From a virus (taxonomy: Duplodnaviria > Caudoviricetes): a DNA stretch of 33,415 nucleotides. The stretch spans positions 1 through 33,415 of IMG/VR virus record IMGVR_UViG_3300030606_000260; one strand, written 5' to 3'. Positions 33,028 to 33,415 of the stretch are shown here, one piece after another (position 1 is the first letter of the stretch; every line of letters starts with the position of its first letter). The notes beneath the pieces were generated by a model. The model did not search any database and was not told where the DNA came from. It worked only from the letters and a program-made list of their open reading frames with translations. A program made the translations under genes and the position numbers.

Positions 33028-33415
33028 CGTTGTTTCTCAGTCGCGACAAGTTTGCGGAACGCCAGCTTGCGGGTGATCTGCGTTCCGGGATTCCGGCGAA
33101 GTTCGAATGGGTCGATGAGGTTGGCCCGGGCTTTGATTTCGCCGTCGTCGTCGGGATCAAGCGCAAGCCGATCATTCGTGCGCTGCAGGCGAGCGGGACA
33201 CCGTTTCTCTATTTCGACAAGGGGCACAATCGCCGCTGGAATGCAGTTCAGCCGGATTGGTGGCGTTTGGCGATCAACGATTATCAGCCGACTGCTTATC
33301 TGGGGCGTCTCAATTTCCCCAATGACCGGGCCGATGAGCAGGACTGGCGTGTAAAGCCGTGGCGGGACAAGGGCAGCCACATTATTTTCGCCGGAGCGTC
33401 AGCGAAATATCATGC
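33018..33415 (+). CDS. Putative GT-B glycosyltransferase, paralogue 3 (runs off the window)
   Basis: Hand translation from GTG 33018: MRIALFLSRDKF...FLYFDKGHNRRW...WWRLAINDYQP...PNDRADEQDWRVKPWRDKGSHIIFAGASAKYH; aligns by eye with paralogue 2. Confidence 0.65.
   Translation, partial: MRIALFLSRDKFAERQLAGDLRSGIPAKFEWVDEVGPGFDFAVVVGIKRKPIIRALQASGTPFLYFDKGHNRRWNAVQPDWWRLAINDYQPTAYLGRLNFPNDRADEQDWRVKPWRDKGSHIIFAGASAKYH

Larger units (their letters stand above)
1119..33415. mobile_element. Temperate HK97-like alphaproteobacterial phage/prophage
   Basis: Continuous int-xis-early-CI/Cro-replication-packaging-head gene order; GcrA and the mmgR-like RNA point to an alphaproteobacterial host. Confidence 0.95.

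Overview
The window is about 33 kb of a temperate, lambdoid-organised alphaproteobacterial (Rhizobiales-like) phage or prophage with an HK97-type head module. From left to right it holds: a truncated ExoM-like GT2 glycosyltransferase; an att site (tRNA 3'-end core with arm-type repeats and IHF-like sites on both sides, i.e. attP-like); integrase and excisionase; a leftward early operon (GcrA homologue, RusA, small hypotheticals) headed by an mmgR/suhB-like sRNA; a CI/Cro switch with palindromic operators; a rightward early/replication operon (HTH proteins, HNH, ParB-methyltransferase fusion, Sak4-like ATPase, SSB-like protein, RecD2/Dda-like helicase, P4-like primase-helicase, iteron origin); an accessory region with repeat-bounded genes; and the late operon (HNHs, terminase, portal, protease, major capsid, head-tail connector). 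The most striking feature is a glycosylation-like cassette inside the virion morphogenesis operon: one Maf/MptE(DUF115)-like protein and at least three tandem KpsS/KpsC-like GT-B paralogues. This suggests virion glycosylation with CMP-activated acidic sugars. A tandem, internally covarying structured-RNA motif upstream of the helicase and an N-terminal peptide shared by the SSB-like protein and the primase are also notable. All family assignments come from motif recognition by eye; no database searches were run. Tail genes and a clear lysis module are not in the window.
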